This document shows positions 1 to 15,400 of a DNA stretch of 64,000 bases, piece after piece. Source of the DNA: the human T2T-CHM13v2.0 reference genome, Homo sapiens; assembly GCA_009914755.4 (NCBI GenBank), contig CP086569.2:11712001-11776000 (forward strand). The letters run 5' to 3'. Numbering within the stretch: position 1 is the stretch's first letter; the number at the start of each line of letters is the position of its first letter. A program made the translations under genes and the position numbers. Under the pieces are notes generated by a model. The model had not been told where the DNA came from. It ran no database searches and worked only from the letters and a program-made list of their open reading frames with translations.

Positions 1-2635
1 GATTGGACACGAGAGGAATGGAAACGAATGGAAAGGAAGAGCATGGAATTGAAAGAAATAGAGTGGAATGGAATCAGATGGTATGGAATGGAATGGAATG
101 GTGATGAATGGAAATGAATCAAAAGCAATTGAATCGAATGGCATGGAAAGGAAAAGAATGGAATGGAATGGAATGAAATGGAATGGAATATACTTGAATG
201 GAATAGAACAGAATGTAATGGCAAAGAATGGAATGGAATGGAATAGAATGAAATGGAATGCATTGGACCCAAATGTAATGGACTCGAGTGGAATGGAATG
301 AAATTGAATGGACCCGAAAGGAATGGTCTCTAATGGAATTTATTCAAATAGAATTGAATCGAATGGAATGCATTATTAGGGAATGGAATCGAATGGAATG
401 GAATCAAATGGAATTGACTGAAACCAAATGTACGTAAATAGAATGGACTCGAATGTATTGGATTGAAAAGTAATTGATTTGAATGGAAGGGAATCAAAAG
501 TAATGTAATCAAAAGGAATGGAATGTCATGAAAAAGAATGGAATAGATTGGTATGCAATACAGTGGAACGGAGTGGAATCGACTGGAATGGAATTCCATG
601 GAATGTAATCGAATGGAACGGAATCAAATGAAATGGACTGGAAAGGAATGGACTCGAATAGAATGAACTGGAACACAATGGAATCGACCAGATTGGAATG
701 GAATGGAATAGAATGTACTCAAATGGCATTGAGTCGAATGAAATGGAACCAAATGGAATGGAAACGAATGTAACAGAATTGAATGGAATTGTAAAGAATA
801 CAATGGAATGGAGTGTAATTCAAAGATATTGAATGTAATGGAATGGAATGAAACGTACTTGAATGAAATACATTCGAATGGAATGAATTGGAATTCAATG
901 GACTCTAGTGGAATGGACTGGAATGGAATGGACTTGAATGGAAGGGACCACAGTGGAGTGGATCGAAAGGAAGGGAAACGAATGGAATGGAATGGAATAG
1001 AATGGAATGGCATCGGATTTAATGGTATCGAATGGAATGCAATTGAACAGAATCGAATCGAATGGAATGACATCAAATGGAATGGAATGGAATGGGATGG
1101 AATGGGATCGAATGGAATGGACTCGAATGGAATAGAATCAAAAGGATTGGCATGGAATGGAATGGAACTGAATGGAAAGGAATGGACCCAAATGGAATGG
1201 ACTCGAATGGAATGGACTCAAATAGAAAGGAATCGAAAAGAATGGTCTCTAACGGAATTTATTCAATAGAATGGAATCGAATGGAATGCAATAGCATGGA
1301 ATGGAATTGAAAGATATGGAAGAAAATGGATAGGAATGGAATGGACTGGACTGGACTAGAAGGGAATCGAATGTAATGGATTGCAAAGTAATTGATTCGA
1401 ATGGATTAGAATAAAATGGAATGTAATAAAACGGGAGGGAATGGAATGCAACGGATTGGAAAAGAATGGAATGCAATAAAATGGAAATGTGTGAAATCGA
1501 GTGGAATAGATTTGAATGGAATGGAGTCAAATGGAATGGAATCAAATGGAATGGACTGGAATGGAATGGACTACAATGGAATGAACTGGAACAAAATGGA
1601 ATGGAATGGATTGGAATCGAAAGGAAAGATAAGGAACGGAATGGAATGGACTCAAATGGAATTGACTCGAATGGAATGGAACCAAATGGAATGAAATTGA
1701 ATGGAATGGAAATGAATGGATTCGAAAGGAATAGAATGAAATGGAGTCTAAAGGAAAGATGCCAAATGGAAAGGAATGGAATGGAATGTAGTTGAATGGA
1801 ATGGAGTGGAATGGAATGGACTCGAATGGAATGGACTGGAGTGGAATGGACTCGAATGGAATGGAAAAGAACTGAATGGCATGGAATGGTAAGGAAAGTA
1901 ATGGAATGTTAAGTAAGAGTATGGAATGGAATCATATGGAATGGAATGAAATGGAAAGGAATGGAATGGAGTCGAATGGAATAGAATCCACAGGAATGTC
2001 TCCAAATGCAATGGAATGGAATGGAATGGAAAGAAGTCGAATGGAATGGAGTATAATGGAATGGAATGGAATGGACCCAAATGTAATGTACTCACATAGA
2101 ATGGACACACATGGAGTAAACTTGAAAGGAATTACCTTGAATGGAATTTATTCGAATAGAATGGAATCGAAAATAAAGCAATAATATGGAAGGGAATCGA
2201 ATGGAATGTAGTCGAATGGAATGGACCAGAATGGAATGGATTGGAATAGAATGGCTCGAATGTAATGGACAGCAATGTATTAGATTCGAATGGAATGGAT
2301 TCAAATGGCATCGAATAGAATGGAATATAATTAAACGGAATGGAATGGAATACATTGGAATGGAATAGAATGGAATGGAATCTAGTGGAATGGAATCAAA
2401 TGGAATGGAATTGACTGGAATGGAGTGGAATGAAATGGGCTCGAATGGATTGGACGGAAACAAAATGAAATAGAACAGATTGGAATTGAATGGAAACGAA
2501 TGGAATTGAATGGAATGGACTCGAATGGAATGGTGTCGAATGGATGGAATCAAATGGAATGGACTGGAAAGGAATGGACTCCAATGGAATGGACTGGAGT
2601 GGAATGGACTGAAATGGAATGGAATGGAATGTAAA

Positions 2636-2685
2636 GGAATGGAATGGAATGGAATGGAATGGAATGGAATGGAATGGAATGGAAT
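2636..2685 (+). repeat. Pure (GGAAT)n run, 10 units
   Basis: Direct read of lines 2631-2690. Confidence 0.85.
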
Positions 2686-5600
2686 TGATTAGAATGGAAT
2701 GGAATCAGATGGAACGGAATGGAATGAAAAGGAGTTGAATGGAATGGCATCAAATTCAATGGAATGGAAGGGAATCAAATTGAATGGAAATGAATGGAAT
2801 GCAAGGGTATGGAATGGAAAGGAATACAATGGAATTGAAATGGATGGAACGCATTTGAAAGGAATTGAGTCGAATGCAATATAATCGAATGGAATGGCAT
2901 CGAATGGAATTTAATGGAATGCAATGGAATGGACTCGAAAGGAAAGGATTTGAATGGAGTGGAATCGAATGTAATGGACTGGAGTGGAATGGACTCGAAT
3001 GAAATGGAAACGAATCGAATCGAAGGGAATGGAAAAAAAAAGGAATAGAATGGAATGGAATTGTATGTAGCAGAATGGAATGGAATGGAGTTGAAGAGAA
3101 TAAATTGGAATGGAATGGCACTTCGAATGGAATGGAATGAACTCTGATGGAATTGACTCGAATGGATTAAAAAGAATGGAATGCCATCGAATGAAATGGA
3201 ATGGAATTGAATGAAATGGACAGAAATATAATGGACCCAAATGTGATGGACTCGAATGGAATGGACTCAAATAGATTGGGATCGAAAAGAATGGCCTCGA
3301 ATGGAAATTATTCGAATAGAATGGAATTGAAAGGAATGGAATAGTATGGAATGGAATAGAATGGAATGGAATCAAACGGAATGGAACGTAATGGAACAGA
3401 TTGTAATAGAAAGTGCTCGAATGTAATGGATTTCAAAGCAATTGATTGGAATTGAGTGGAATAGAATGGAATGTAATCAAATGAAATGGAATGGAATGCC
3501 ATGGAATGAAATAGAATGGAATGCAATGGATTTAAATAGAAAGAAATGCAATGGAATGGAAAGGAGTGCAATCGAGTAGAATGGAATCAAATGGAATGGA
3601 ATCGAATGTAATGGACTGGAACGGAAAGGACTCCAATTGAATGCACTGCAAAAAATGCAAACGAATGGATAGGTATTGAACGGACAAGAATGGAATGGAA
3701 CTGAAAGGAATGGACTCGACTGGAATGGAGTGGAATGGAATGGAATCGAATAGAAAGGACTGGAATTGAATGGAAACTAATTGAAAGGAAATCAATGGAA
3801 TGGAAAGAATGAAATACAATGGAAAGGAATGCAATACAATGGAACAGAATGGAATGAAAAGGTATAGAATGGAATGCAATCATGTGGAATGGAATAGAAT
3901 GGAATGGAATGGACTCCAAGGGAATGGACTCAAATGGAATAGAATGGAAAGGAAGGGCATGGAATGGAATTTAAAGGAATGGAATAGAATGCAGTGCACC
4001 GAAATGTAAGGGAATCAAAAGGAAGTTACTCAAATGGAATTTATTCGAACAGAATGGAATCAAATGGAATGCAACAGTATGGAATGGCATCAAATAGATT
4101 GGAATCGAACACAGAGGACTGGAGTGGAATGGACTGGAATAGAACGGACCAGAATGCAATGAATTGCAATGTAATCGATTTGAATGGAAAGGAATCGAAT
4201 GGAATGTATTCAAATGGAATGGAATGGAATGCAATGGAATGGAATAGAATGGAATACAATGGAATGGAATGGAGAGGAAACGAGTGGAATGGAATGGAAT
4301 GGAATGGAATGGAACGGAATGGAATCTATTGGAATTGATTGAATTGGAATGGACTGGAAAAAAATGGAATTGAAATGATTGGAATCAAGCGGAATGGAAT
4401 GGAATGGAATGGAATGCAATGGAATGGAAAGGAATGGAATGGAATGGAACAGAATGGAACGGCCTAGAATGGATTGCACTGAAATGGAATGGACTGGAAC
4501 AAAATGAAATCGAACGGATTGGAATCGGGCAGAATTATATGGAATGGAAGGGAAGGGAATTGACTCGAACAGAATGTAGTCGAATGGAATGGAATCGAAT
4601 AGAATGGAATTGAATGGAATCGAAATGAATAGAATTAAATTGACTGTAATGGAAAGATATCGAATGGAAGGGAATGGAAAGGACTCGAATGGAATGGACT
4701 GGAATGGAATGGATTCAAAGGGAATGTAGTGGAATGGAATGCAGTAGAATGTAATGGAAAGGAATGGAATGGAATGGAAAGGAACGGAAAGGAATAGAAT
4801 GGAATGGAATCAGATGCAACAGAATGAGATGGAATAGATTCAAATGAAATGGACTCCAATGGAATAGAATAGAATGGAATGGCATCGAATAGTATGGCAT
4901 GAAAGGGAGTGTAGTGGAAAGATATCAAATAGAATGGAATGGACTCGAATAGAATCGACTGGATTGGAATTTACTCGAATGGAATGGAATAGATTGCAAG
5001 GGACTCGAATGGAATGGAAACGAATGGAATGGAATGGAATGGAATGGAAAGGAATAGAATGGAATGGAATCAGATGGAACGGAACAGAATTTAATGGAGT
5101 CAAATCGAATAGAATCGAATGGAATGAAACGGAATGGACTCGAATGAAATGGACTAGAATGGAAAGGAATCTAATGGAATGGCATGGAATGGAATAGAAT
5201 TTAAAGGAATAGACTGGAATGGAATCGGATGGAATGGAACGAAATTTAATGGAGCCAAATGTAATAGAATCCAACAGAATGGCAATGAATGAATGAAATG
5301 GAATGGACTCGAATGAAACGGACTAGAATGGAATATAATCGAATGGAATTCCATGGAATGGAATGGAATGGACCAAAATATAATACACTCGAATGGAATC
5401 AACTCAAATATAATGGAAACGAAAGGAATGGTCTCGAATGGAATTTATTTGAATTTAATGAAATCTAATGGAATGCAACAGTATGGAATGGTATTCAATG
5501 GAAAGGAATCGAATGGAATGTACTGGTATGGAATGGAGTGAAATGGAATGGACTCGAATGTAATGCATTGCAAAGTAATTGATTTGAATGGAATGGAATC

Positions 5601-5809
5601 GAATGGAAAGTAATCAAATGGAATGGAATGGAATGGAATAGAATGCAATTCAATGGACTGGAATCGCATGGAAAGAAGTGGAATAGATTCGAATGCAATG
5701 GAAAAGAAAGGATTGGAATCGAATGGAATGGACTCGAAAGGAATGGAGTGGAATAAAATGGAATTGAATGGATTGGAATCGAACAGAACGGAATGGAGTG
5801 GAATGGAGT

Positions 5810-5865
5810 GGAATGGAATGGAATGGAATGGAATGGAATGGAATGGAATGGAATGGAATGGAATG
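5810..5865 (+). repeat. Pure (GGAAT)n run, ~11 units; one of the longest uninterrupted pentamer runs in the window
   Basis: Direct read: GGAATGGAATGG continues without a substitution from ~5810 to ~5865. Confidence 0.85.
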
Positions 5866-8800
5866 GAACCGAATGGAATGGAGTCAAATGGAATGGAAAT
5901 GAATGGAATGGAAAGGAACAGAATGGAATAGTGTGGAATGGATAAATATGGAGTGGAATGGAATGGAATGGAATGGAATCAAAAAGAATGGGCGGGGTAG
6001 TTATGGAATCCAATGGAATGGACTACAACGGAATGGACTCGAATGGAATGGAAACGAAGGGAATGGAAAGGAATAGAATGGGTACGAATAGAATAGAATG
6101 AAATAGGATTGAACAGAATGGAATGCAATGGAGTGGAATGGAATAGAATCCAATGGAATGGCATTTAATGGAATGGAATGGAAAGGAATGGACTCGAATG
6201 AAATACAACAGAATGGAATGACATAAAATTAATTGGAAAGGAATGGAAAGGACCCAAATGTAATGGACTAGATTGGAATTTACTCAAATACAGTGGACTT
6301 GAAAGGAATGGTGTCAAATGGAACTTATTCTAATAGAATGGATTCAAATGGAATGCAGTAGAATGGAATGAAATCGAATGGAATGGATTTGAATGGAATG
6401 CAGTAGTATGGAATGAAATCGAATGGAATGGAATAAAATGGAAATGAATTTAAGTGAATGGACTGGAATAGAACGCATAACAATGTAATAGATTGCAATG
6501 TAATTGGTTTGAAAGGAAAGGATTCCATTGGAATATAATCAAATGGAATGCAATGGTATGCAATGGAATGTAATAGAATGGAATGCAATAAAATGGAATG
6601 GAGTGAAATCAAATGGAATGGAATCGAATGGAATGGAATTGAATGGAATGGATTCGAATGGAATGCACTGGAATGGAATGGATTTGAATGGAAAGGAATG
6701 GAACGAAATCGAATTGAACAGTTTGGAATCGAATGCAATGTAATGGAATGGAATGGAATGGAATGAAATGGAATGGAATGGAATGGATTCGAAAGGAATT
6801 GAAGGCTAGAATAGAACTGAATGGAACTGAATGGAATAGAATGGAATGGAGGGTAATGGAAAGACATCGAAAGGAATGCAATGGAAAGGACTCGAATGGA
6901 AAGGACTGGAATGAAATGGACTCGAGTGGAATGGACTGAAATGGAATGGAGACGAATGGATTGGAATGGAATGGAATGGAAAGGATTGGAATGGAATGGA
7001 ATCTGATGGAATGGAATGGAATGAAGTGGTGTTGAATGGAAAAGAATCATATGGAATGGCATTGAATGGAACGGAATAGAATGGACAGAAATAGAATGGT
7101 ATCGAATGTAATTTATTTGAATAGAATGCAATCGAATGGAATGCAATACTATGGATTGGAATCGAATGGAATGGAACGGAATAGATAGGACTGAAATAGA
7201 ACGGACTCGAATGAAATGGATTGCAATGTAACTCATTCAAATGGAATCGAATTGAATGGAATATCATCTTATGAGATGGAATGCAATGCAAAGAAATGGA
7301 ATAGAAAGCAAAGTAAAGGAAAGGAACGGAGTTGAATCGAGTGTAATGGAATCAAATGGAATGGAATCGAAAGGAAAAGACTGGAATGGAATGGACTCGA
7401 ATGGAATGCATTTTAACAAAATGGAATTGAAAGTATTGGAATCGAACGGAAAGGAATTTAATGGAAAGGAATTGAATAGAATTGAAAGGAATAGAATGGA
7501 ATTGAGTGTAATGGAATGATATCGAATGAAATGGAATGGAAGGTAATGGACTCAAATGGAATGGACTGTAAAGGAATGGACTCGAAAGGAATGGACAGAA
7601 CTGGAAAGGACTCGAATGAAATGGAAATGAATAAAATAATTTTGAATGGAATAGAATAGAATGGAATGGAATCAGATGGAACGGAATGGAATGGAATGGA
7701 CTTGAAAGGAATGGACTCGAAAGAAATAGAATAGAATGGAATGGAAGGGAAGGAGTTTAATGGAAAGATATCGAATGAATTTAAAGGAATGGAATGGAAT
7801 CGAATGGAATAGACTGGATTGGAATTTAATGGAATGGACTGGAGTGGAATTTACTCGAATGGAATAGAATGGAGTGGAATGAACTCGAACGAAAAGTAAA
7901 CAAATGGAATGGAATGGAATGGAGTGGAATGGAATGGAATGGAACGGAAAGGAATAGAATGAAATGGAATCAGGTTGAAAATAATGGAAAGGAATGGAGT
8001 CGAATGGAATGGAATCGAATGAAATGGCATCGACTGGAATAGAATGTAATGGGCTCAAATGGAATGGACTCGAATGGAATAGAATGCAATGGAATGACAT
8101 AGAATGGAATAGAATAGAATGGATTGGAATGGAATGGAATGGACCCAAATGTAATGGACTCGAAAGCAAGGGACTCAAATAGAATGGTCTCAAAGGAATG
8201 GTCTCGAATGGAATTTATTAAAATAGAATGGAATCGAATGGAATACAATAGTATGGACTGGAATCGAATGGAATTCAATAAAGTGAAATGGAATGGAATG
8301 GAATGGAATGGAGTAAAACGGACCAGAATGTAATGGATTGCAATGTAATTTATTAAAATGGAATGGAATTGAATGAGATTTAATCAAATGTAATGGCATG
8401 GAATGCAACGGAATGGAATAAACTGGATTGCAATGGAATTGAACGGAGTGGAATCAAATGCAATGGAACCGAATGGAATGGAATCGATTGGAATTGACTG
8501 CTATTTAATGGACTGATAGGGAATGGACTCGAATGGATAGGACTGGAACAACATGGAATCGAATGCATTTGAACTGAATGGAAAGGAAAAAAATGGAATA
8601 GAATGGAATGAACTCGAGTAGAATGGAATCGAAAGGAATGGAACTGAATGGAATGAAACTGAATGGAATCAAAAGGAACAGAATGGAATGGAGTGTAATG
8701 GAAAGGCATTGAATGGAATAGAAAGGAATTTAATGGATTCAAATGGAATGGACAGGAATGAAAAGTGGTCGAATTGAGTGGAATAGATTGGAATGGAATA

Positions 8801-10699
8801 GAATAGAAAGGAATTGAATGGAATCAAAGGGAATAGAATTGAATGGAGTGTAATGGAAGATATCTAATGGAATGGAATGGAATGGAATGGGCTCAAATGG
8901 AAATGTCGGTAATGGAATGGACTCCAGTGGAATGGCCTGGAGGGGAATGGATTAGAATGGAATGGAAGCAAACGGAATGATATGGAATGGAATGGAATGG
9001 AATGGAATGGAATGGAACGGAATGGAAAGGAATAGAAAGGAATGGAATAGGTTGCAATAGAATGGAATGGAATGGAGTCCAATGGCATAGAACAGAAAGC
9101 AATGGCGTCGAAAGGAATGGAATGGAGTGGAATCGAATGGAACCGACTGGAGTGGAATTGACTCGAATGGAATGGAAACGAGTGGAATGGAAGGTACTGG
9201 AATTGAAAGGAATAGAATGGAATCGGATGGAACTTAATGGAATGCAATGGAGTCGAAAGGAATAAAATCGAAAGGAATGGCATCAAACGGAATGGAATTG
9301 AATGGAATGAACTCGAATGGAACTTATTCAAATGGAATGGAATAGAATAGAATGAAATGACTTCGAATGGAAAAGAATGGAATCTAATGGACCCAAATGA
9401 AATGGACTCGAATGGAATGGACTCAAATATATTGGACTTAAAAGGAATGGTCTCGAATGGAATTTTTTCGAATAGAATGGAATTGAAAGGAATGAAATAA
9501 TATGAAATGGAATCGAAAGGAATGGAATCAAGTGGAATGGACCGGAATGGAATGGACTGGAACGGAACGGACTCGAATGTAATGGAATGCAATGTAATTG
9601 ATTCGAATCGAATGGAACGTAAAGAAATGGAATGGAAAGGAATGCAAAGGAATGTAATAGAATGGAATGAAATGGAATGGATTTTAATGGACCCAAATGT
9701 GATGGACTCGAAAGGAACGTACGCAAATATAATACACTCATAAGGAATGGTTTCGCATGGTATCTATTAGAATTGAATCGAATCGAAAGGAATGCAATAG
9801 TATGGAAAGGAATCGAATGGAATGTGATAAAATGTAATAGACCGGAATGGAATGGACTGCAATAGAATGGACTGTATTGCAACGTAATTGATAAAAATGG
9901 AATGGAATCAAATGGAATGAAATCTAACGGTATGTAATGGAATGCAATTGAGCGGAATAGAATGGAATGCAATGTAATGGAATGGAGTGGATTCAAGTGG
10001 AATGGAATCACATGGAATGGAATCGAATGAAATGGAATTGGATGGAATGGACTGGAATGGAATGGACTCCAATGGAAAAGACTGGAACAAATGGAATAGA
10101 AGGAATTGGAATCGAATGGAAAGGAATGAAATGGAATGGAATGAACTCTATTGGAATGGAGTTCAATGGAATTATACCGAATTTAATGGAATAGAATGGA
10201 ATGGAATTGAATGTAATCAAAAGGAATATAATTGAATGGAGAGTAATGGATAGATATTGAATGGAAAGGAATGGAATGGAATGTGCTCGAATGGGATGGA
10301 TTGAAATTGAATGGATTCGAATGTAATGCAATGGAGTGGAACGGTCAGAAATGGAATGGGAAAGAAGGGAATTGAATGGAATGGAAAGGAATAGAATGGA
10401 ATTAACTCGGATGGAACAAAATGGAATAGAATGGAGTCGTATGGAATGGAATAGAATGGAACAGCATCAAATGGAATGGAGTGGAATGGAATGGACCCAA
10501 ATGTACAGGATTCAAATGAAGTGGAATCAAATAGAATGGACTTGAAAGAAATGGTATCGAATGGAATTTGTCCGAATAAAATGAAATCGAATTTAATGCA
10601 AAAATATCGAATGGAATGAAATGGAATTGAATGGAGTGAACTGGAATAGAATGGACTCAAAGGTAATGGATTTTAATGTAATTGATTCGAATGGAATGG

Positions 10700-11700
10700 A
10701 ATCGAATGGAACTTAATCAAATGGAATGGAATGGAATGCAATGGAAAGTAGTAGAATGGAATGCAAAGGAAAGGAACAGTGTGGCATCGAGTGGAATGGA
10801 ATCGAATGGAAAGGAATCGAACGGAATGGAATCGAACAGACTGGAGTGGAATGGAATGGACTCGCACTGGAAGAAAATGCAATGGAACGGATTTGAATCG
10901 AACAGAAAGGAATGGAATGGAACGGAATGGAATGGAATGGAATGGACTTCAACGGAATGGATATGAATGGAACGGAACCGATTGGAATGGAACCGAATAG
11001 AATGGAATTGAAAGGATTCAAAAGGAAGAGAATGGAATAGAGTGTAATGGAAAGATATTGAATGGAATGGAATGGAATGGACTCAAATGAATTGGACAGG
11101 AGTGGAATGTACGCTAATGCAAGGGACTGGAGTGGATTGGACACGAATGAATTGGAAACGAATGGAATTGAACGAAAAGGAATGCAATTGCATCCATAGG
11201 AATAGAATGGAATGGAATCGGATGGAACGGAATGGAATGGAATGCAGTAGAATGGAATAGAATACCATGCAATGGTTTCAAAAGGAATAGAATGAAATGG
11301 GACTGGATTCAAATGCAATGGACTCGAAAGGAATAGAACACAATGGACTGGTTTAGAATGGAATGCATTGAAATGGAAAATAATGGAATGGATTCGATTC
11401 AAATGCAATGGACTCAAATGGAATAGAATCGAATGGAATGGCATCGAATGGCATGGAATTGAATGGAATGGATTGGATTGAAATGCAATGGACTTGAATG
11501 GAATGGAATAGAATTGAATATACTGGCATGAAATGCAAAGGAATGGAATGGAATGGAAAGGAAAGAACGGAATGGAATGGACACAAATGTAATGTATTGA
11601 AATGTAATGGACTCAAATAGAATGGACTCCAAAAGGATTGGTCTCGAATGGAATTTATTCCAATAGAATGGAATCTAATGGAATGCAATACTACGGAATG
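10700..11700. repeat. ~1 kb segment with a diverged partner at ~18180-19170 (offset ~7.5 kb)
   Basis: ORF 11353-11688 (MHSIRFHSIGINSIRDQSFWSPFYLSPLH...) versus 18268-19164 (MLHSIRFHSIRINSIRDQSFWSPFYLSTSH...). ORF 11083-11268 versus 18582-18782 (shared ...LHSIPFRSIRF.SILFL.MQ.HS.SFNSIRFQFIRV.STP...). ORF 10713-11444 versus 18002-18946 (shared ...IPFVSNSFVS.PL.S...). Confidence 0.6.
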
Positions 11701-14379
11701 GAATCAAATGGAATGGAATTGAATGAAATGTAATCAATCTGAATGGATTGGAATGCAAAGGAATGGAATTCAGTGGAATGCAAAAGAAAAGAAAGGAGTG
11801 GAATTGAGTGCAATGGAGTCGAATGGAATGGTATTAAATGGAATGAAATCGAATGGAATTGACTGGAATGTAATGGACTCGAATGGATTAAACAGGAAAA
11901 AAATGGTGTCGAACAGATTGGAATCTAATGGAATGGAATGGAACGAAATGGAATGGAATGGAATGGAATAGACTCAAAAGGAATGGAGTCGAATTTAATG
12001 GAGTCAAATGGAATGAAATCGAATGGAATGGACTGGAATGGAATTGAAAGTATAGAATGGAATAGAGTGTAATGGAAAGAAATCGAATGGAATGGAATGG
12101 AATGGACTCGAATAGAATGTATCGGAATTAAATGGACTTGAATGTCATGGACTGGAGTTGAATGGACTCGAATGCAATGGAAACGAATGGAATGGAATGG
12201 AGTAGTGTTCAAAGGAGTAGAACGGAAAGGAATAGAATGGAAGGGAAGCGGATGGAATGGAATTAAATGGAATCAAAAGGAATAGAAAGGAAAGGAGTGT
12301 AACAGAAACATATCAAATGGAATGGAATGGACTCGAAAGGAATGGACTGCAATGGAATGGACTCGAATGGAAGGGACTGGAGTAGAATGGCCCCGAGTGG
12401 AATGGAGACGAATTGAATGAAATGGAATGGAAAGGAATGGAATGGAATGGAATGAAGTGTAATGGAAAGAATTAGAATGGAATGGAATCGGATGGAACGG
12501 AATGGAATGGAATGGAGTCGAATGGAATAGAATCGAATGCAATGGCATCAAATGGAATTGAATGGACTCAAAGGGAATAGAATTGAATGGAGTGACATGG
12601 AATGAAATGGATTGTAATGGAATGGACACTAATGTAATGGGATGTAATGGAATGGACTCAAATAGAATGACCCCAAAAGAAATGGTCTCGAAAGTAATTT
12701 ATATGAATAGAATGGAATAGAATAGAATGCAATAGCATAGAATGGAAAGGAATGTAATGGAGGAGAATGTAATGGACCGGAATGGAATGTACTGGAATAG
12801 AACGGACTCGAAAGTAATGCATTGCAATGTAATTGATTTGAATGAAATGGAATCGAATGGAATGTAAACAATTGGAATGGAGTGGAAGGCAATGGGATCG
12901 AATAGAATGTAATGCAATGGAATGGAACGAAGTGGAATCGAATGGAATGGAATCGAATGGAATGTAATAGAATGGAATGGACTGGAAATTAATGATGTGG
13001 AATGGAATGGACTGGAGAGGAATGGACTCGAATTGAATGGAAACGAATGGAATGACATGGAATGGAATGGAATGCAATGGAAAGTAAAGGAATAGCATGG
13101 AATGGAATTGGATGGAACGGAATGGAATAGAATGCAGTCGATTGGAATAGAATCCAATGGAATGTGTTTGAATGGAATGGAATTTAATGGAATAGAACGC
13201 ATTCGAATGGAATGGACTAGAATGGAACAGAATATACTGGAATGGCATCGAATGGAATGGAATGGAATGGAACGGAATAGAAACAAATGTAATGTTCTCA
13301 AATGCAATGGAATCAAATAGAATGAACTTGAAAGGAATGGACTCGAATGGAATTTATTCGAATAGAATGGAATTGAATGCAATGCAATAGTATGGAATGA
13401 AATAGAATGGAATGGAGTTGAATGTAATGGACCGGAATTGAATGGACTGGAATAGAATGGACTAGAAGGTAATGTACTCCAATGTAATTGATTCAAACTG
13501 AATGGAATCAAATGGAATGTAATCAAAAGGAATGGAATTGAATGCAATTGAATGGAACAGAATGAAATGCAAAGGAATGGAAACGAGTAGAATCGAGTGG
13601 AATGGAATCGAGTGGCATGAAATTGAAAGGAATGGAATCGATTGGAATGGATTGGACAGTTGTGGACTCCAATGGATAGGAATTGAACAAAATGGAATCG
13701 AACAGATTTGATTCAAACATAACGGAATGGTATTGCATGGAATGCACTATAATGGAATGGAGTCGAATGGAATGCAGTCGAATGGAATGGAATGATATAC
13801 AACGGAATTGAATGGAATCGAAAGGAATACAATGGAATGGAGTGTATGGAAAGAAATCGAAAAGAATGGATACGAATGTAATGGACTGTTGTTGAATGGA
13901 CTCGAATGGAATGGAAACGAATGGAATGTAATGGAAAGGAGTGGAATGGAATGGAATGGAATGGAATAGAAAAGAATGGAATGTAATGGAAAGGAGTGGA
14001 ATGGAATGAAAAGGAAATCAATATAATAGAATGTAATTATATGGAACAGAATAGAATTAAAAGGATTGGAATGGAATACAATCAAATGGGATGGGATCAA
14101 ATGAAATGGAATGGAATTTAATGGAATGGACCCAAATGTAATGGACTCGAATGGAATTGACTCAAATAGAATGGACTCGAAAGGAATGGTCTTGAATGGG
14201 GTTTATACAAATAGAATGGAATCGAATGGAATGGAATAGAATGGAATTGAATGGAATGGAATGGAGTCGCTGGGAATGGACCGGAATGGAATGGACTGGA
14301 AAATAACGGACACGAATGCAATGGATTGCAAGGTAACTGATTCGAATGGAATGGAATCGAACGCAATGTAATCAAATGG

Positions 14380-15400
14380 AATGGAATGGAATGCAGCGGA
14401 ATGAAAGCAAATGGAAGGCATTTGAATGGAACGGAGTTAAATCGAGTGGAATGGATTCTAATGGAACGGAATCATATGGAATGGAATGTAATGGAATGGA
14501 ATAGAATGGACCTAAAGGTAATAGACTCTAATACAATGTACTCGAAAAGAATGGCAGCGAATGGAATTTATTCGAATACAATGGAATTGAATAAAATGCA
14601 ATAGTATGGAATGGAATAGAATGGAATGGAATTGATTGCAATCGAAAGAAATAGAATGGAATGCAGTGTAATGGAAAGATATTGAATGGAATGTAATGGA
14701 ATGGACTCAAATGGACAGGACGTTAATGGAATGGTTTTGAATGGAATGGACTAGTGTGGAATGGATTCGAATGGAAAGTAAAAGAATAGAAAGGAAATGA
14801 ATGGAATGGAATGGAAAGGAATACAATGGAAAGGAATTAGATGGAATGGAATGGAATGGAATGGAGTCGAATGGAAGAGAATAGAATGGAGTGGCATTGA
14901 ATAGAATGGAGTGGAAGGGAATAGAATGGTTATGAAAGGGATGGATTCGAATGGAATAGAATCGAATGGAATGGCATGGAATGGAATGGAATGGAATGCA
15001 ATGGAATGGAATGGAATTCAATGGAATGGAATGGAAAGGACCCAAATATATTGGACTCAAATGGAATGCACTCAAATAGAATTGATTCAAAAGGAATGGT
15101 TTCAAATGAATTTATTCTATTAGAATGTAATCGAACGGAATACAATAGAATGGAATGGAATCGAAGATAATGGAATAGAATTGAATGGAATGGAATGGAA
15201 GGGACTGTAATAGAACGGACTCGAATGTAATGGATTCCAAAGTAATTGCTTTGAATGGAATGGAATTGAATGGAATATAATAAAATGTAATGGAATGGAA
15301 GGCAATAGAATGGAATAGAGTGGAATGCAGTGGAATGGAAAGGAGTGGAATCGAGTGTAATGAAATCAAAAGGAATGGAATCGGATGGAATGGAATTGAT
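14380..15400. repeat. ~1 kb segment duplicated at 19300-20310 (offset ~4.90 kb) within the diverged domain
   Basis: GGACCCAAATATATTGGACTCAAATGGAATGCACTCAAATAGAAT occurs at ~15040 and ~19937. ORF pairs 14911-15123/19725-20021 (shared ...ERTQIYWTQMECTQIE...), 14976-15170/19829-20068, 15112-15369/20010-20537 (both end ...FDYILIE) and 14707-15105/19731-19988 are homologous. 14515-14600 matches 19441-19530. Confidence 0.8.

Noticed and set aside
590-600. GAATTCCATGG-type strings as heat-shock elements (alternating nGAAn/nTTCn) for HSF1
   Set aside because: Isolated GAAnnTTC-like dyads occur but I could not identify a clear run of three or more correctly phased inverted units. HSF1 binding to HSat3 is established in general, but I cannot support specific sites from the sequence alone.
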